DNA of 64,000 nt, taken from the NCBI RefSeq assembly GCF_009914755.1, contig NC_060944.1; one strand, given 5' to 3'. The DNA comes from the human T2T-CHM13v2.0 reference genome, Homo sapiens. The position numbers and the translations under genes are program-made. Under the pieces are notes generated by a model. It worked only from the letters and a program-made list of their open reading frames with translations, did no database searches and was not told where the DNA came from. Position 1 is the first letter of the stretch; the number at the start of each line of letters is the position of its first letter. Shown here piece by piece: positions 13,488-27,939 of this stretch.

Positions 13488-14576
13488 CACTAAGTACTCA
13501 GCACCCTACAGCGATTGAGGCCATTGCTGTTGTTTTTTGGCCTCCAAACCCCTAAGTAAATGCGTAGGTGGACACCAGGGGAGGCAGGTGCAAGGTGGGT
13601 TCTGCAACCTTCCCGTGTTCCCAGCTGACCTGATTTATGATGAAGGTGGGAATGAACAAAGCCATCTTAGGAGTTTGTCGGTGGCAGATTCTACTCCCAC
13701 TGAGCTCAAGCTGATGCGAAATTTGTGGGAAGGAGCCTGAGGCATCTCAGAAAATCTCCAGCCCCAGGCTCTGTGTCTGTCAGGGCAAATTCCCCAGGAA
13801 GTGCCTCTGATTGGCCCAGTGTGGGTCACATGCTGTCTCTGAGCCAAATCGGCTGTGGCCACCCAGGCAGCGTGGTGGTGCACAAACATGGCTGCCAAGA
13901 GGCCCACCCTCTTGGGTGGGACAGTTCTCCCCAAAGAGAGATGTGGGCTGAGGTGGGGAAGGGGTTGTACTCATAATGTTGTCTGTTCGTGCAACAGTAT
14001 TTCCTGCTGCCAGGGAGCTGGAGTTAGGGTTTAGAAAAGGCTGGGGAAGTTTAGAGGAAGCCGTAGCTGAGTAGCGAAAAGGGGAGTTGAAGAAGCCCTG
14101 AACAACATCTTCCCGTCGTTGCCTTCTTGGAAAAGCAAGCCCGCTTCTCCTGTGCGCCTTGCCCGCTCTGACAGTGAGGGAGGCTCCCTCGAGCACCCTT
14201 TAATTTCTCGGATTATTCAAATTTGCCATGCCCACCCAAACAAATGGGAGGTTTTCTGGAGAGAACCAGGGTCCATCAGAGGGGGGTATCAAAACCAGCT
14301 CAGCTCTCCAGTGTGGGAAATGAGTTTCTAGGCCACCAGACAGCTTCCTACCAAGCACAGAAGGCCCGTCACCTCTCCACATTCAAGTGACGGAAGTGGA
14401 GGAGGAATGAACCACAGGAAAGCAGAACAAGAAGCAACTGGTCTCCTTGCGATGTTCAGTGAGAGTTGAACATCAATTCTGTTACCAAGTATTGGTTCAA
14501 GTGAATCAAAGTCATGTCTAGCATCTATAATTTTTTTTTACATTGCAAAGGATTTTCCCCTGTAAGAGTTTATTTT

Positions 14577-15330
<754 letters not shown>

Positions 15331-15511
15331 TGGATTTTAAGCTTAGTTCAAAAGTCTTTTCACTCCCTCAAACTGAGACATCATCTGTCACTCTAAAATG
15401 TGATCTTTGAAAACTCACGCCAATGTAGTATTTCTCAAAACTTCTCTAGAAACAGAGAAAATATAATAAAATGTAATAACTGTCTCCTTTTTTCCATTGG
15501 TCTTTCTATAG

Positions 15512-15732
15512 CAGTGGTTCTCAACCAATGCATATTTTGTTTCCAGGGGACATTTGGCAATATCTGGAGACATTTTTGATGTCACAGTTGAGGGGTGGGG
15601 AGGCAGGTGGTGGATAGAGACCAGGGATCCTGCTAAAAGCTTCCTATAATACCCAGGACACTGCCCTCCCCCCCGCCAGACAAAGAAGCATTCAGCCCCA
15701 AATGTCAATAGTGCCCAAATTGAGAAAACCTG
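15512..15732 (+). mobile_element. MER20
   Basis: cagtggttctcaacc...ggggacatttggcaatatctggagacattttt...ttgagaaaacctg; degenerate 8-bp TSD ttctatag/gtctataa. Confidence 0.85.
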
Positions 15733-15803
15733 GTCTATAATCACCATGACCCATTTCATTCACAAAGTCAAATCTCAGACTGAAGGATCAGAAATCTGTC
15801 TCC

Positions 15804-15935
15804 TGGCTGGACACAGTGGATTACACCTATAATCCCACCACTTTGGGAAGCCAAGGCAGGAGGATCCTTGAGGCCAGGAGTTTGAGACCAGTCTGGGCAA
15901 CATAGTGAGACTCTGTCTCTAAAACAACAACAAGA
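15804..15935 (+). mobile_element. Alu monomer (FLAM/AluJ left arm)
   Basis: ggctggacacagtgg...gaggccaggagtttgagaccag...A-rich tail. Confidence 0.85.
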
Positions 15936-16069
15936 GCGACATCAACAACAAAGGAAAGCTGTCTCCCTGTTGTGCTCGTGACATTTGCTCAGAAATTAAC
16001 ATTTTCGTGGCTGAAAAAAATAGGAAATGTTTTCTCAGGAATAGTTGTTGTATAATAATATCTCTAATA

Positions 16070-16275
16070 CACACTAGCATTTATGGAGCCCTCTTGCTGT
16101 GCCAGACACCAGCCCAACAACTTTGCATGAAATTCTCACAACCACCCCATGAGGTAGGCACAGATGAGGAAACTGAGGCACAGAGAGGTTAAGCCATTTG
16201 CCTGAAGCGCCACAGCCTCTGCTTCAAAGGCAGGATTTGACCCCAGGCAGTCTGGCTTCGGAGCCTGCACTGTTA
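16070..16275 (-). mobile_element. MIR
   Basis: acagatgaggaaactgaggcacagagaggttaag core. Confidence 0.85.
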
Positions 16276-16669
16276 TTCAAAACAGTATGTAGTCTATGTT
16301 GTAAGATTATATATTTTCTATGGGACACACTTTAACGACTTTCATTATTAAATGGGAAAAAGAATGCCACACATAAGATTTTTATTTTTCCTGAGTCGGT
16401 CTTCATGAAGAAAGAGGACTCACCACTGTTTCATATCATTCTCCTTTACTGCAGTTACTTCCCCTGCAATTTCCCTGTTTGGCCTTAATTTCCTTTGAGT
16501 CCTCGAGTGCCACGTAAACTAGGATTGGAAGAGTTCATGGAGAGGGCTTCTGTTCAGCTTCCCAGGCCCAGGACGGACTGCCGGCTTCTTGGAGCGGAGC
16601 TTTCAGGCTTGGGGTACACGGCACGCTTTAGAACTGTGCACGTCTTCACTTTTATTTCCCGGGAGCTAA

Positions 16670-17672
<1,003 letters not shown>

Positions 17673-17931
17673 AGACACAGTTGTGGGCCCACTTTACAGA
17701 TGAGAAATCTGAGTTTCAGCGCAAACTTGCCCAAGATCATTGAGTAGTAAACATTAGGGCTGGAATTTGAACCCAGCTACAAGGCCATAACCACTGGTCT
17801 CCCCATCTGTCATCAGTGAGCCTTGGGAGAAATTGTAGATGGAGTTATGGCAAGAAAAAAACTCCTCATTTGTCTAATTTAACTTTTGTAATTTCTTGAT
17901 TTAATTTTATTTCACTATGAAAGTAATGTGT

Positions 17932-18077
17932 GACCAGGTGCAGTGGCTCATGCCTGTAATCCCAACACACTGTGGGGCCAAGGTAGGAGGATTGCTTGAG
18001 GCCAGGAGTTTGAGAGTAGCCTGCACAACATGGTGACAACCCATCTCTATTTAAAAACCAACAAACAGAAATGTATA
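17932..18077 (+). mobile_element. FLAM (Alu monomer)
   Basis: Monomer with TSD aaagtaatgtgt (17920-17931, 18078-18089). Confidence 0.9.
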
Positions 18078-18509
18078 AAAGTAATGTGTGCTCCTTGCAA
18101 CATGCCAAATGATTTTTTAAAGTGACTATATTAAAAAAAAAAAACAAACCACACACACACACCTGGTTCGAGGTCCACATGCACTAAGCAGCTCTTACTT
18201 TTGAAGCTGTTCTGTATCCTCAGAAAAGTCAGTGATAGAGCAGCACGCAGACAGAGTGACACCTGAGGTTTCATCAGACTAACCCGGGGAAGGGGCAAGT
18301 GCCCCACGGTGGCCTAGGGCTATGCTATTCCCACAGACAGGAGTGATGGGGGCGTCAAGGGCTGGACCTGAACCATCCTGGGAAGCTGTTGTTCCCTCTG
18401 CAGCCACAGAGGCTTGGCCAATAGTAAGGGTGACCCTGAGCCAATAGCATCAGCTCCCAGGTGAGGGCAACACTGGCCGACATATGATTATTAGGGAAAC
18501 CGCCATTTT

Positions 18510-18820
18510 TTTCCTCTTTTGCTTTAGATGAGGAAACTGAGGTTCCGGGAGGGGAGCTGACTTGCGGAAATAACAAGGAAGTGGCTGATCTGGGTTCCAA
18601 TCCAGCTCCTTCTCACCTTCAATCCAGGGAAGCTTATTGGCTACACACTCTTTGCTTTCACACTCATGGTCACATTTGATTCACAACATCCTGGGTAGGT
18701 TCTTTTATTATCCCCATTTTGTAGATGGGGCAACTGAGGCTCAGAGACAGGGAGTGATTTAACTGAGGTCATTTAGCTAAAGGTGGAGCAAGGCTTGAAC
18801 TGAGATATCAGGTCTGAGCC
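18510..18820 (-). mobile_element. Two tandem MIR fragments
   Basis: agatgaggaaactgagg (18526) and attatccccattttgtagatggggcaactgaggctcagaga (18707). Confidence 0.75.
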
Positions 18821-19369
18821 TATCTTTATTGCAAGAAAGCATTCTCTGGCAATTGAGGTGTTTACTAAATGCATTTGGTTTGTTTTGTTGTTGTTGTTTT
18901 GTTTTGTTTTTGTTTTTGTTTTGGCTTTTCATCCCAATGTTAAAAGCTTCTAGCTTTTCACCTTGATTAGCTCAATGGGCTTTGGTACCATACAGACAGG
19001 CCTTGGTCCAAACCCCAGCTCTAACTTAGGTTGTTTTTTGTTCGGTCCTTCAAGATGCTTGCTCCTCCTCCTTTTCTTTTTACCGCCCTACCTTTATTGT
19101 CAGTGGTCACAAAATGACCGTGTATCATGTACTTTGCTGTGAATAAAAACTGAACAAAAAATAAAGAGAATATGATTAAAAATTTTAAAATTTGCTTGAT
19201 AAGTCAAACTAAATCATATCTATTCCACAGATAAATAATAAAGGAATAATCAATTAGAAGGAATTAGAAAGAATCAATTAGAAGGAATAATCAAAGAGAA
19301 GGCATATCTATTCCATGGATAAATAATAAAGGAATAATCAATCTGTGTAAACATCCCTCATCCTGCCAG

Positions 19370-19580
19370 AAACAGGGCAAAGCATTTTCTACGTATTAAC
19401 TAATTCAATTCTCACAATAATACTTTGACCTAGGTATGGTTTTTGTTCTCATTTCATAGATGTAGACACTGACACACAGAGAGGTTAAGTGACTTGCCTG
19501 AGATCACACAGCTTTCAATTGCCAAAGCTGGCATTTGCAATCCAAGCAGCTTGGCCCCAGAGTCTGTGCTCTCAGCTACC
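19370..19580 (-). mobile_element. MIR
   Basis: agagaggttaagtgacttgcctgagatcacacagct. Confidence 0.8.
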
Positions 19581-20769
19581 TAGGCTCAAAACTGCTCTGT
19601 AGAACTACATCCACCAGGATGGCAAATTCTATGAGTTCATGTTTAAAAGTAGGTCACAAATCAGCATGGCTGTCCCTCTTTGTTTTAAATTTATACATAA
19701 TATTACTTTTTTTGTAATGTTGACTGTGTTGGGTGCCAAGGCAAACACTTTTGAGTATATTGCTTAGCTGAATCTTCAAACAGCCCTGCAAGTAGGGCAT
19801 TGCCACGGACATATTCAAATGCAGAATGAAGGCTCAGAGGGGCTCGGTCACTCAGCCTGGAGACACTTGGCCTGCAGAATGCCCATGTGTGGAGGCACTC
19901 ACTGGCTGATATCACACAACTGCTTGCGGGAGCTTCACCACGGGCTCCATGAAGCAGCTAGAGGCCCTAGCTGGAGACTGCAACCGGCGGATGGGTGGTG
20001 TGTGGCCTATTCTAGCCTAGAGACTCACCCCACCCGCCCTTGCCCGCTGCTTTGCAAGGATGTTTTGCAAAATATTTAGCAAGGCACGGATGGAGCAGGT
20101 GTTTGGAAGTCCTCACTGTGTGGGTGCTGCTTTTTTGGATGCTGGATGTGGGGAGCATCTAGGGCAATGGGGGGAGGCACCAGCGGGCTCAGGGCCAACG
20201 TTGCCAACTTGCAGCTTTTCATTGCGGCCACAGTGAACACCAGCCCTGTTCTTTTGCCTGGAGAAGAGGCTGGGTGCCAGGGTTTCCTGTCTCCCCTGGG
20301 AAGCTGCCTCCAAGCTCTGACTCTCACTCCCACCCCCAAATATGAGCTCCCAATGGGAAGACTGAGTCTGGAGGATACTGGGATCATGAGCAGCTGTGGA
20401 GAAGTGGCAGAAGGGACATTGTGGGGACAGGCTCAGACGCCTGCCCTGCCATGTGCATGCCAGATGCAGGACAGGGAACAGGAACTACATCAAAGTGGCT
20501 GGAGCGGGAGGGGACCGAGGAAGTGTATGGCACGGTGACAAAAACCGAAGCCCTGAAGAACTGGGGACAGCAGGGACGGTGGTCTGAGCAGGTCCAGGTC
20601 CAGGACGGTCTAAGAACTTGGGGGAACTCACGCTTCCTGCATCTCCCGGCCGGAGGGGATGGGCCAGGCTCACGGGTCAGTGGGACCACAGCAGGGTGGC
20701 AGTGCCAGCTTTGCAGCAGGGAGTGTGTGTGGCCAGGCTATGCAGAGGGCGGCAGCACAGGCTCTGGAC

Positions 20770-20955
20770 CAGAAGGCCTGGGCTGGAAGCCCAGCCTCAC
20801 AAATCACTGGGAGGTGTAGCCTCTCCGGCTCTCTGGGTCTCAGTTTCCCTGTCTACAAAGTAGGAACAATGGTGCCTACCATACGGTGTCGCTGGGAAGC
20901 GAGGGTGAGTTCAGCACAACATGTGGCGCATAGCAGCACTCTTTAAATGTTATTT
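20770..20955 (+). mobile_element. MIR
   Basis: ctctctgggtctcagtttccctgtctacaaagt...tggcgcatagcagcactc. Confidence 0.65.
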
Positions 20956-21487
20956 AAGCACTGGGAGTCACCCTTGACTATGATGGACAGAGTTCTGGAT
21001 AAATACCTCAGCCACCATGCTGCTCGGAAGGGCCACACTCTTCCTCAGAGTTCCCCAGCAAGAGGGAAGCTCCGCTCTCCACAAGCAATGGCCTGCCCCT
21101 GAGCGCACCCTTGATGGATTCCTCCCTTTCTTGCCTCACTTCCCTCCTCCCCTGCCTCCCACACGCACTCCTCATTGCAGACTCAAGATCAGCTGAGCCT
21201 CATAGATGGCTCAGACCACGCTAACAGCATCAGCCCTCGATGCTGTCGGTCAGTTCTCAGTGGGATCCCCACTCTGCCACTTGTACCTGCAACCTTGGGC
21301 AAGCAAGGCAATGCCTCTGAGCCTCGTTTCTCATCTGCACGATGCAGACTGGAGTGGCAGCCACCCCACAGGCCAGGTGTAGAGACTCATTACGTGCTAC
21401 AGGTCAAGTGTCTAGCACAGATCCTGGCACACAGTAACCACTCCACAAAGATTATCTATTAATATTTCTATGACAGGAGATTAGACC

Positions 21488-21648
21488 CAGGGGCCGCTCT
21501 ATGGGCAAGAGCGCTCTGCAGCCACTCAGGGCTCCATGCTTGGTTTAATGCTCTCCTTTCGCTATCTTGAAATGCTTAACCATTTTTTAATTAAAGGCTC
21601 TGCATTTCTACTTTGCACTGGGCCCTGCCAATGATGCAGCTGGTCCTG
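21488..21648. mobile_element. MER91A-like hAT-Tip100 MITE
   Basis: atgcttggtttaatgctct...cttgaaat...tttgcactgggccctgc. Confidence 0.65.
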
Positions 21649-21764
21649 GTGAGTGCTCTCTGGGCTTCAGTTTCTTTAACTGTAAGATGAGAGTGATAAC
21701 ACAGTCAACCTACCCTGCAGGAGCATAATGGGGCAGAAGAGTGTGTGCCTATAAAAGTGCTTCG

Positions 21765-22910
21765 CTAATAAAAAGACAAACAACCCAATTAAAACATTGG
21801 CAAAGGGTCTGAATAGACTGCTCCAAAGAAGATGTACGAATGGCCAATAGGCACATGAAAAGACACTCGACATGTTTAGTCATTATGGAAATGCAAATCA
21901 AAACCACACCAACTACAGTGGCTATGGTCAACATAGCCAGTGTTGGCCAGGATGTGGAGAAACCAGAACCCTTATACAATGCTGGTGGGAATGGAAAATG
22001 ATGCCAGCCCCTTTGGAAAAGTCTAGCAAGTCCCCAAGAATAGTTACCATCTGATCCAGCAAGTCCATTTCTAGGTACACACCCAAGAGAAATGAAAACA
22101 TATATCCACACACAAAAACTCATACACAAATATGTACAACAGCGTTATTCATAATAGCCAAAAAGTGGCAACAGCCAAATGTCCATCAACTGATGAGAGG
22201 GTAAACAAAATGTAGTCTTTCCATACGATGGAATATTATTCATCCGTAAAAACAAAGGCAGTACTGATGCCTGCTACAGCATGGATGAACCCTGAAAACA
22301 CGATGCTAAGTGAAAGCAGCCAGACACAAGACTAAGTTTCCACTTATATGAAATGTCTAGAATTAGAAAATCTATAGACACAGAAAGTAGATTAGTGGTT
22401 GCCAGGAGTTGAGGGTAAAGTGGGTAGAAATGGGGAATGTCTTCATCAGTTCGGGCTGCTCTAACAAAATACCATGGACTGGGTGGCTTGAAAACATCAG
22501 AAATTTATTTCTTGCAGTTCTGCAGGCTGGGAAGCCCAAGATCGAGGTCCAGCTGGGTCGACTTGTGGTGGGAGCCATCTTCTCGCTATATCCTCACGCA
22601 AAAGGCCAGGGGTCTCTCCCCAGCCTCTTTGATAAGGGCACACTAATCTCAATGAATCACCTCCCAAAGGCCCCACCTCCTAACACCATCACACTGGGAG
22701 TTAGGATTTCAACAGATACATTTTAGAGGGACACAGACATTCAGTCATAACACAGAGTGACTGCTAATAGATATAAGGTTTCTTTTGGAGTTGATAAAAA
22801 TATTCTAAAAGTGAATGTGGTCGTGGTTGCCAACTCTGGATATACTAAAAATATTCAATTGTTCACTTTCAGTGGGTGAGTTGTGTGGTATGTGAATTAT
22901 ATCTCAACAA
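21765..22910 (+). mobile_element. Old L1 3' region (L1MB-like), interrupted by an LTR
   Basis: aacaacccaattaaaa...gaaatgcaaatcaaaaccac...aaatgtccatcaactgatga...gtgaattatatctcaa. Confidence 0.85.
22437..22752 (-). mobile_element. MaLR solo LTR (MLT1A/MST-like) nested in L1
   Basis: gggctgctctaacaaaatacca...aatcacctcccaaaggccccacctcctaacaccatcac. Confidence 0.85.
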
Positions 22911-23054
22911 AGTGAGAGAGAGCAGCTTTATATATCTCTACATATGACACGCACATATATGTAAATAGAGACATGTGTAAGTTTAAAAGTGCTTTGCAGA
23001 CTCTAAGGTGCAGACACCTATAATAACACATGATCACAGCACAGTCCCGTGCCC

Positions 23055-23167
23055 ACACCATGCAGACACACATGTGCACACACACGCACGCACATGCACA
23101 CACACAACACACACACACAGACACACATACATACATACATACAGACACATACACACAGACACACATT
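23055..23167 (+). repeat. Imperfect (CA)n/(CATA)n microsatellite
   Basis: Alternating purine-pyrimidine tract. Confidence 0.9.
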
Positions 23168-24079
23168 CATGTGCCCTGGCCGCTTGAGTGCCCAACATGA
23201 CTGCTCCCCCGCTGGGTTCACTGTATCTAGTCCTCATTCTTGGGAAAACACATTCACTGCCAACTCCTGCGGGGAGAGACCCCAAATAAATACATCAGCG
23301 AGGAGGAATCAGGGGCCCTGCTGGGGCATCTTCCCTGCTGCTTACTCCACCCTGCATGAAACAGAGGTCAGAAAGAGCACCAAGTGGGACAACATGTGAC
23401 ATGGCCCTTCCCCAGGGCAGGATCAGCTTTCTGACTGTGCCAGAGGCAGAGTCGTCATGCCTTGGTTCAGAATGTGGATGATAGAAGGCTCAGGACAGCG
23501 GTGGCCAGATGGAGAGCTTCCCAGGACAGTCAACATTCAAATAAATTTGTGGTGACTCCTGTGGGGTGGTCTTCACCTCCCTCTTCACTCCTACCCCAGT
23601 GTTAAGGTGTGTCCCTCTCTGATCTTCTGATTCTCACCTCATAGCTGCAAGATGGCAGCTGTGCCTCCAGGCATTACATCCACGTTCCAAACAGGAAAGA
23701 AAGATTGAAGGAACATTAATCCATGCCTCAAAATATCTTTCCAGATATTTGTGACAGGGACAAAAATCTGACAAATGTTTGAACGCTCCTTCTTTTACTT
23801 ATGCACTCCACAACTACCACATCCAAAGAGGATTTTCTATTTCACCTGCCCAATTTTCTGCTCTCTTCTTCTCCATAAACAGCCCAGCCTGTTTCTGGGC
23901 CTTTGAGAAAATATGAATGAGAATTGATGGATAGGGACAGAGAGACTGGTGAGGTGAGAGTCACAGGAAATGAGGAACTAACTCAGCTTGCAGAATCTTT
24001 GAGGTTGTGTTAGTTCTGGTCCTCTGGGCTTCCACCAAACCTGTATTTACTTCTACCATATCAAGTATTTGATTTCTTC

Positions 24080-24312
24080 TATTCATTCATTCATTCAAAC
24101 ATTCCTTCCTTCATTCCCCTTGATTCATACATGAATTCATACATTCATTCATTCATTCATCATTTATTCATTTATACATTCATTCTACATTCATTTATAC
24201 ATTCATACATTCATTCATTCATACATTTATACATTCATTCATGCATTCATACATACATACATTCACACATTCATTCATACATTCATTAGCTCACGTACAT
24301 GCTCATCTATTT
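24080..24312 (+). repeat. Degenerate (TTCA)n/(TACA)n tetranucleotide repeat
   Basis: attcattcattc... over ~230 bp; typical of expanded L2 tails. Confidence 0.9.
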
Positions 24313-24915
24313 ATTCCCTTTCCGATGTTAACAAAAACCAAGGGGCTTTACCTCTTCAGCTGCAGTGTGATTGCCTCATACTTGTCAGTGTCCTCCATGA
24401 GACTTGAGCTCCTTGAATCTCTCAAGGACCAGGCGGCTGGTGTGCTGCATGTTTATTAGACAATGGAACGGATGCAGGGACCACGTCATGATGCTTCTCC
24501 GGGAAGGACCCTGGCTGGGCAAAGCTCAACTAACCAGAAATCTCTGGATCGGAGGAAATGGGGATAGTGAACATTCCAGTCACCTTTCTCCATGATCCCT
24601 TGATGGTGGATATCTTGCTGAGATACCTTGACCTGTCTCTCTGCCATGGTCAAGATCCATGAACTTGATTGACTTGACTGGATCTCTCGTTAGCACCTGT
24701 GGCTCTTACAAAGCTTAGCACATCTCCTTGAGAGTGGAGGCGGATGGAGAGGCTTCTAGGAGATTGGCTGGACTCTGCCCTCTCCCAGGACCTGCTGGCC
24801 CTCAGCTTGTTCTCCACGTGTTGTGAAGAGTAGATGTGTCAGTGCAGGGCAGGGGTAGAGCAGAATCTGTTCAATGGGTAGGCTGATGAATTGAATGCCA
24901 ATTAATTGTGGTCTC

Positions 24916-25350
24916 TGCTATGGTTTGAACATGGTTTGTCCCTGCCAAAACTCGGGTTGAAATTTGGCCATGTTGGGAGGCGGGGTCTAGAGCGAGGTGT
25001 TTAGGGCATGGGGGTGGATCCCTTTTGAATAGAATAATGCCCTCCTTCAGAGGTGAGTGAGTTCTCAATCTCCAGGAATGGATTCACTCCCATGAGAGCA
25101 GGTGGTTAAAAAGAGCCTGGCTTTCTCGGTCTCACTCTCTTGCTTCCTCTCTCATCATGTGGTCTCTTTGCACACACCTGCTCTCTTCCTCTTCCTGCCA
25201 TGAACGGAAGCAGCATGAGGCCCTCACCAGATGCAGCTGCACAGTCTTGAACCCTCCAGCCACTAGAATCTTGAGCCAAATAGACCTCTTTTCTTTAGAA
25301 ATGACCCAGCCTCTTGTATTCTTTTACAGCAACACATGTGGACTAAGACA
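24916..25350 (+). mobile_element. MST solo LTR (MSTB-like)
   Basis: TG...CA termini (tgctatggtttg...ctaagaca), 5-bp TSD gtctc/gtctt. Confidence 0.88.
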
Positions 25351-25524
25351 GTCTTGCTTAGCTGAAGGTTGGCTCGCGGTCTGCTCTTTCCTGCACCTCC
25401 CAAATCAGACAGTGGCCACCTACAGCAGAGCAGGGATACGTTCCACTGACACAGAGTCGATTGTGTTTCTTGAAGAATAACAAAATAAACATGGTAATAA
25501 TAATAAAAGCCATAATCATAGTCA

Positions 25525-25700
25525 CCGTGTACTTTAATTATGTGCATATTATCACAATATGCTAAGCACATGACATTTATTTTTCTTTTACATCTTCACA
25601 ACAGCCCTATGAAGTAGGTGCTATAATTACATCCATTTGGTAGATGAGGAAACTGAGGCTCAGGGAGGTCAAATAACACAGGCAATGAGTGGGTGGATGT
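25525..25700 (-). mobile_element. MIR
   Basis: cttcacaacagccctatgaagtagg...agatgaggaaactgaggctcag. Confidence 0.8.
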
Positions 25701-27160
25701 GGGAGCTAACCATCAAGGCACACACCAGATGGTCCTCTTTCCCCACCAGCCCCTCCTCTGCCATGTCACCCTCCTGCCTGCCCTCCAGCAACTGCCTTGC
25801 ACTGGGCTTTCCTTCATCTCTGTGTAAATTAACTTATTCTAACATGTGAGTGACTGCTAAGCTCAAGTCATCCTAAAGATATTTGCCTTTTTAAGTCCTA
25901 ATCCAAATGTGTACTTTATTAGTAGAATGTGGAGAAGCACCAACCGAATAACAGGGCATCTCCTGATGCCATCCTTATGGCATGGGGTGGACAGGGGTCC
26001 TGAGAAAGGTCAGCTGCCTCCCACTTCCAGCTACAAGCCCCACTGCAGCAGAGATGGTGAGAACACCACCTCCAGCCCTGCCCTTGGCCGTGAGTAAGTC
26101 CTCCCAGACTTTTCCATGGTGGTTGTTAATCTTCAGCCCTAACGACCAGCCTGCTCTCTGCACTTCCAGGTCTTGTTTGGACTGGAACCATTTGAAATGC
26201 TGTCTTATAATTACAGAGGTTGCGCGGGCGGGGGCTGTGCTGCCAGGCGGCCGTTGGACTTGCACGTCTCTGCTGCAGCCAGCAATTTCAGTAATGATAG
26301 TCATGCACACCGTTTATCTTTGGGGTTTCCAGAAATACAGGGACTTTTCCAGACACTCACGGGTGTCTGACATGAGTGATTCCGTCTGCATCGTTCTCTG
26401 AGGCCATGAGGGCACGCTTCCTGAATGAGCTGGGATGCTGTCAGGGGCTGTTTGGGGAACACTGAACGCGAACAGGTTCAGAAATCCATGGAGCAAAGGA
26501 GCCTCAGACATCATGGCTGATGAAAGGGTCTCCCCTGGACTGAGGAGTTTCCTGGGAGGTAACCAGCGAGTCCTGGAGAAACCTGGACAATTTTTAAAAC
26601 CAGCGAGTCCTGGACAAACCTGGACAATGGATCACCCTGTTCGCATTAAACACAGGGACTGGAACACAGGCATTTTTCTTTGCTCCATCCAGAGACCTTT
26701 TTATAAAGGGAACAAACTGTTAAGCAAAGGTATAAACCTCATGAGCAATAAACAGGAAAAGAGGAGGTGACAGCAGCAGCCGAAGGGCCCCGCCAAACGC
26801 AGGAAGGTGGAGAGCAGGTGGGAAGGGACCCCCCATAGCCCCACGGAAAAGCTGGCCGTTAAGAAGCATGGGCTGGGGGACAACAGCAGGAGGCCCGGAT
26901 AATCAGGCCCCCAGTACTACTGCCTTCCCAGAAGTTGCTGGGAGGACTGCCCCGCAGAGGCATTGAACCTGAGTCTCCAAAGCCTGAGATGCCAGCACAG
27001 TGAAGGGTGGAGGTGACCCTGTGGTGAAAACAGGACCTGGGGTGTGCGGAGGACACCAGCCTCCCATCACATGGAACCAGAAGCTGAAACCCATAAGCAG
27101 AAAATGATGGAAGGCGCAGGAAGCAATGATGATGCAGGGAAAGGAAAAGCGAGAAACATT

Positions 27161-27934
27161 TGTCAACGAAAAGAGTCAAACTCCGTACAATATTTGAAGA
27201 GATTTATTCTGAGCCAAACATGAGTGATCAATAGCCCAAGGCACAGTCTCAAGAGGTGCCGAGAACATGTGTCTCAGGTGGTGGGGCTACAGCTTGGATT
27301 TATCCAATTTAGGGAGACATTAGACATCAATCAGTACATGTAAGCTGTACATTGGTTCCATCCGGAAAGGCAGGACAACTCCAAGTGGGGGAGAGGGCCT
27401 TCCAGGTCATAAGTGGATTCAAGAATTTTTTAGTTGGCAACTGGTTGAAAGAGTTGTTATTGCCTAAAGACCTAGAATCAATAGAAGGAAGGCTCTGGGT
27501 TAAAATAAGGGGTTGTGGAGACCAAGATTCCCATTATGCAGATGGAGCCTCCAGGTAGTAAGATTCAGAATCGATTGTAAATGTTTGTTATCAGACTTAA
27601 AAAGAAAAAGTGCCAGACTCTTAGCTAATTCTCTCCTGGATCAGGAATAAGGCCTGGAAAGGGAAGGGGATTCTCTACAGAAGGCAGATTTTCCCTACAA
27701 AAGACAGCCTTGCAGGGCTATTTCAAGATATGTCAAATAAATGTATTCGAGGTTATAATATTTAGATTTCCTTCTTTATCTGTCATGTGAGGTTATGCCA
27801 GCGTCAGGTTGGAAAGTGAGCCACATTACACAGGGTTAAACAAGACAGCTCTGACGGTTTGCTGAGGGGGACTCCCCACGCCTCTTAGATAGGAATCTGG
27901 GCAAGAGAAGAAAAAGGTCAGACTTTAGGCTACA
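27161..27934 (-). mobile_element. ERV1 solo LTR, MER4 group
   Basis: tgtcaacgaaaagagtcaaactc...gagatttattctgagccaaa; TG...CA ends; 4-bp TSD catt. Confidence 0.85.
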
Positions 27935-27939
27935 CATTG

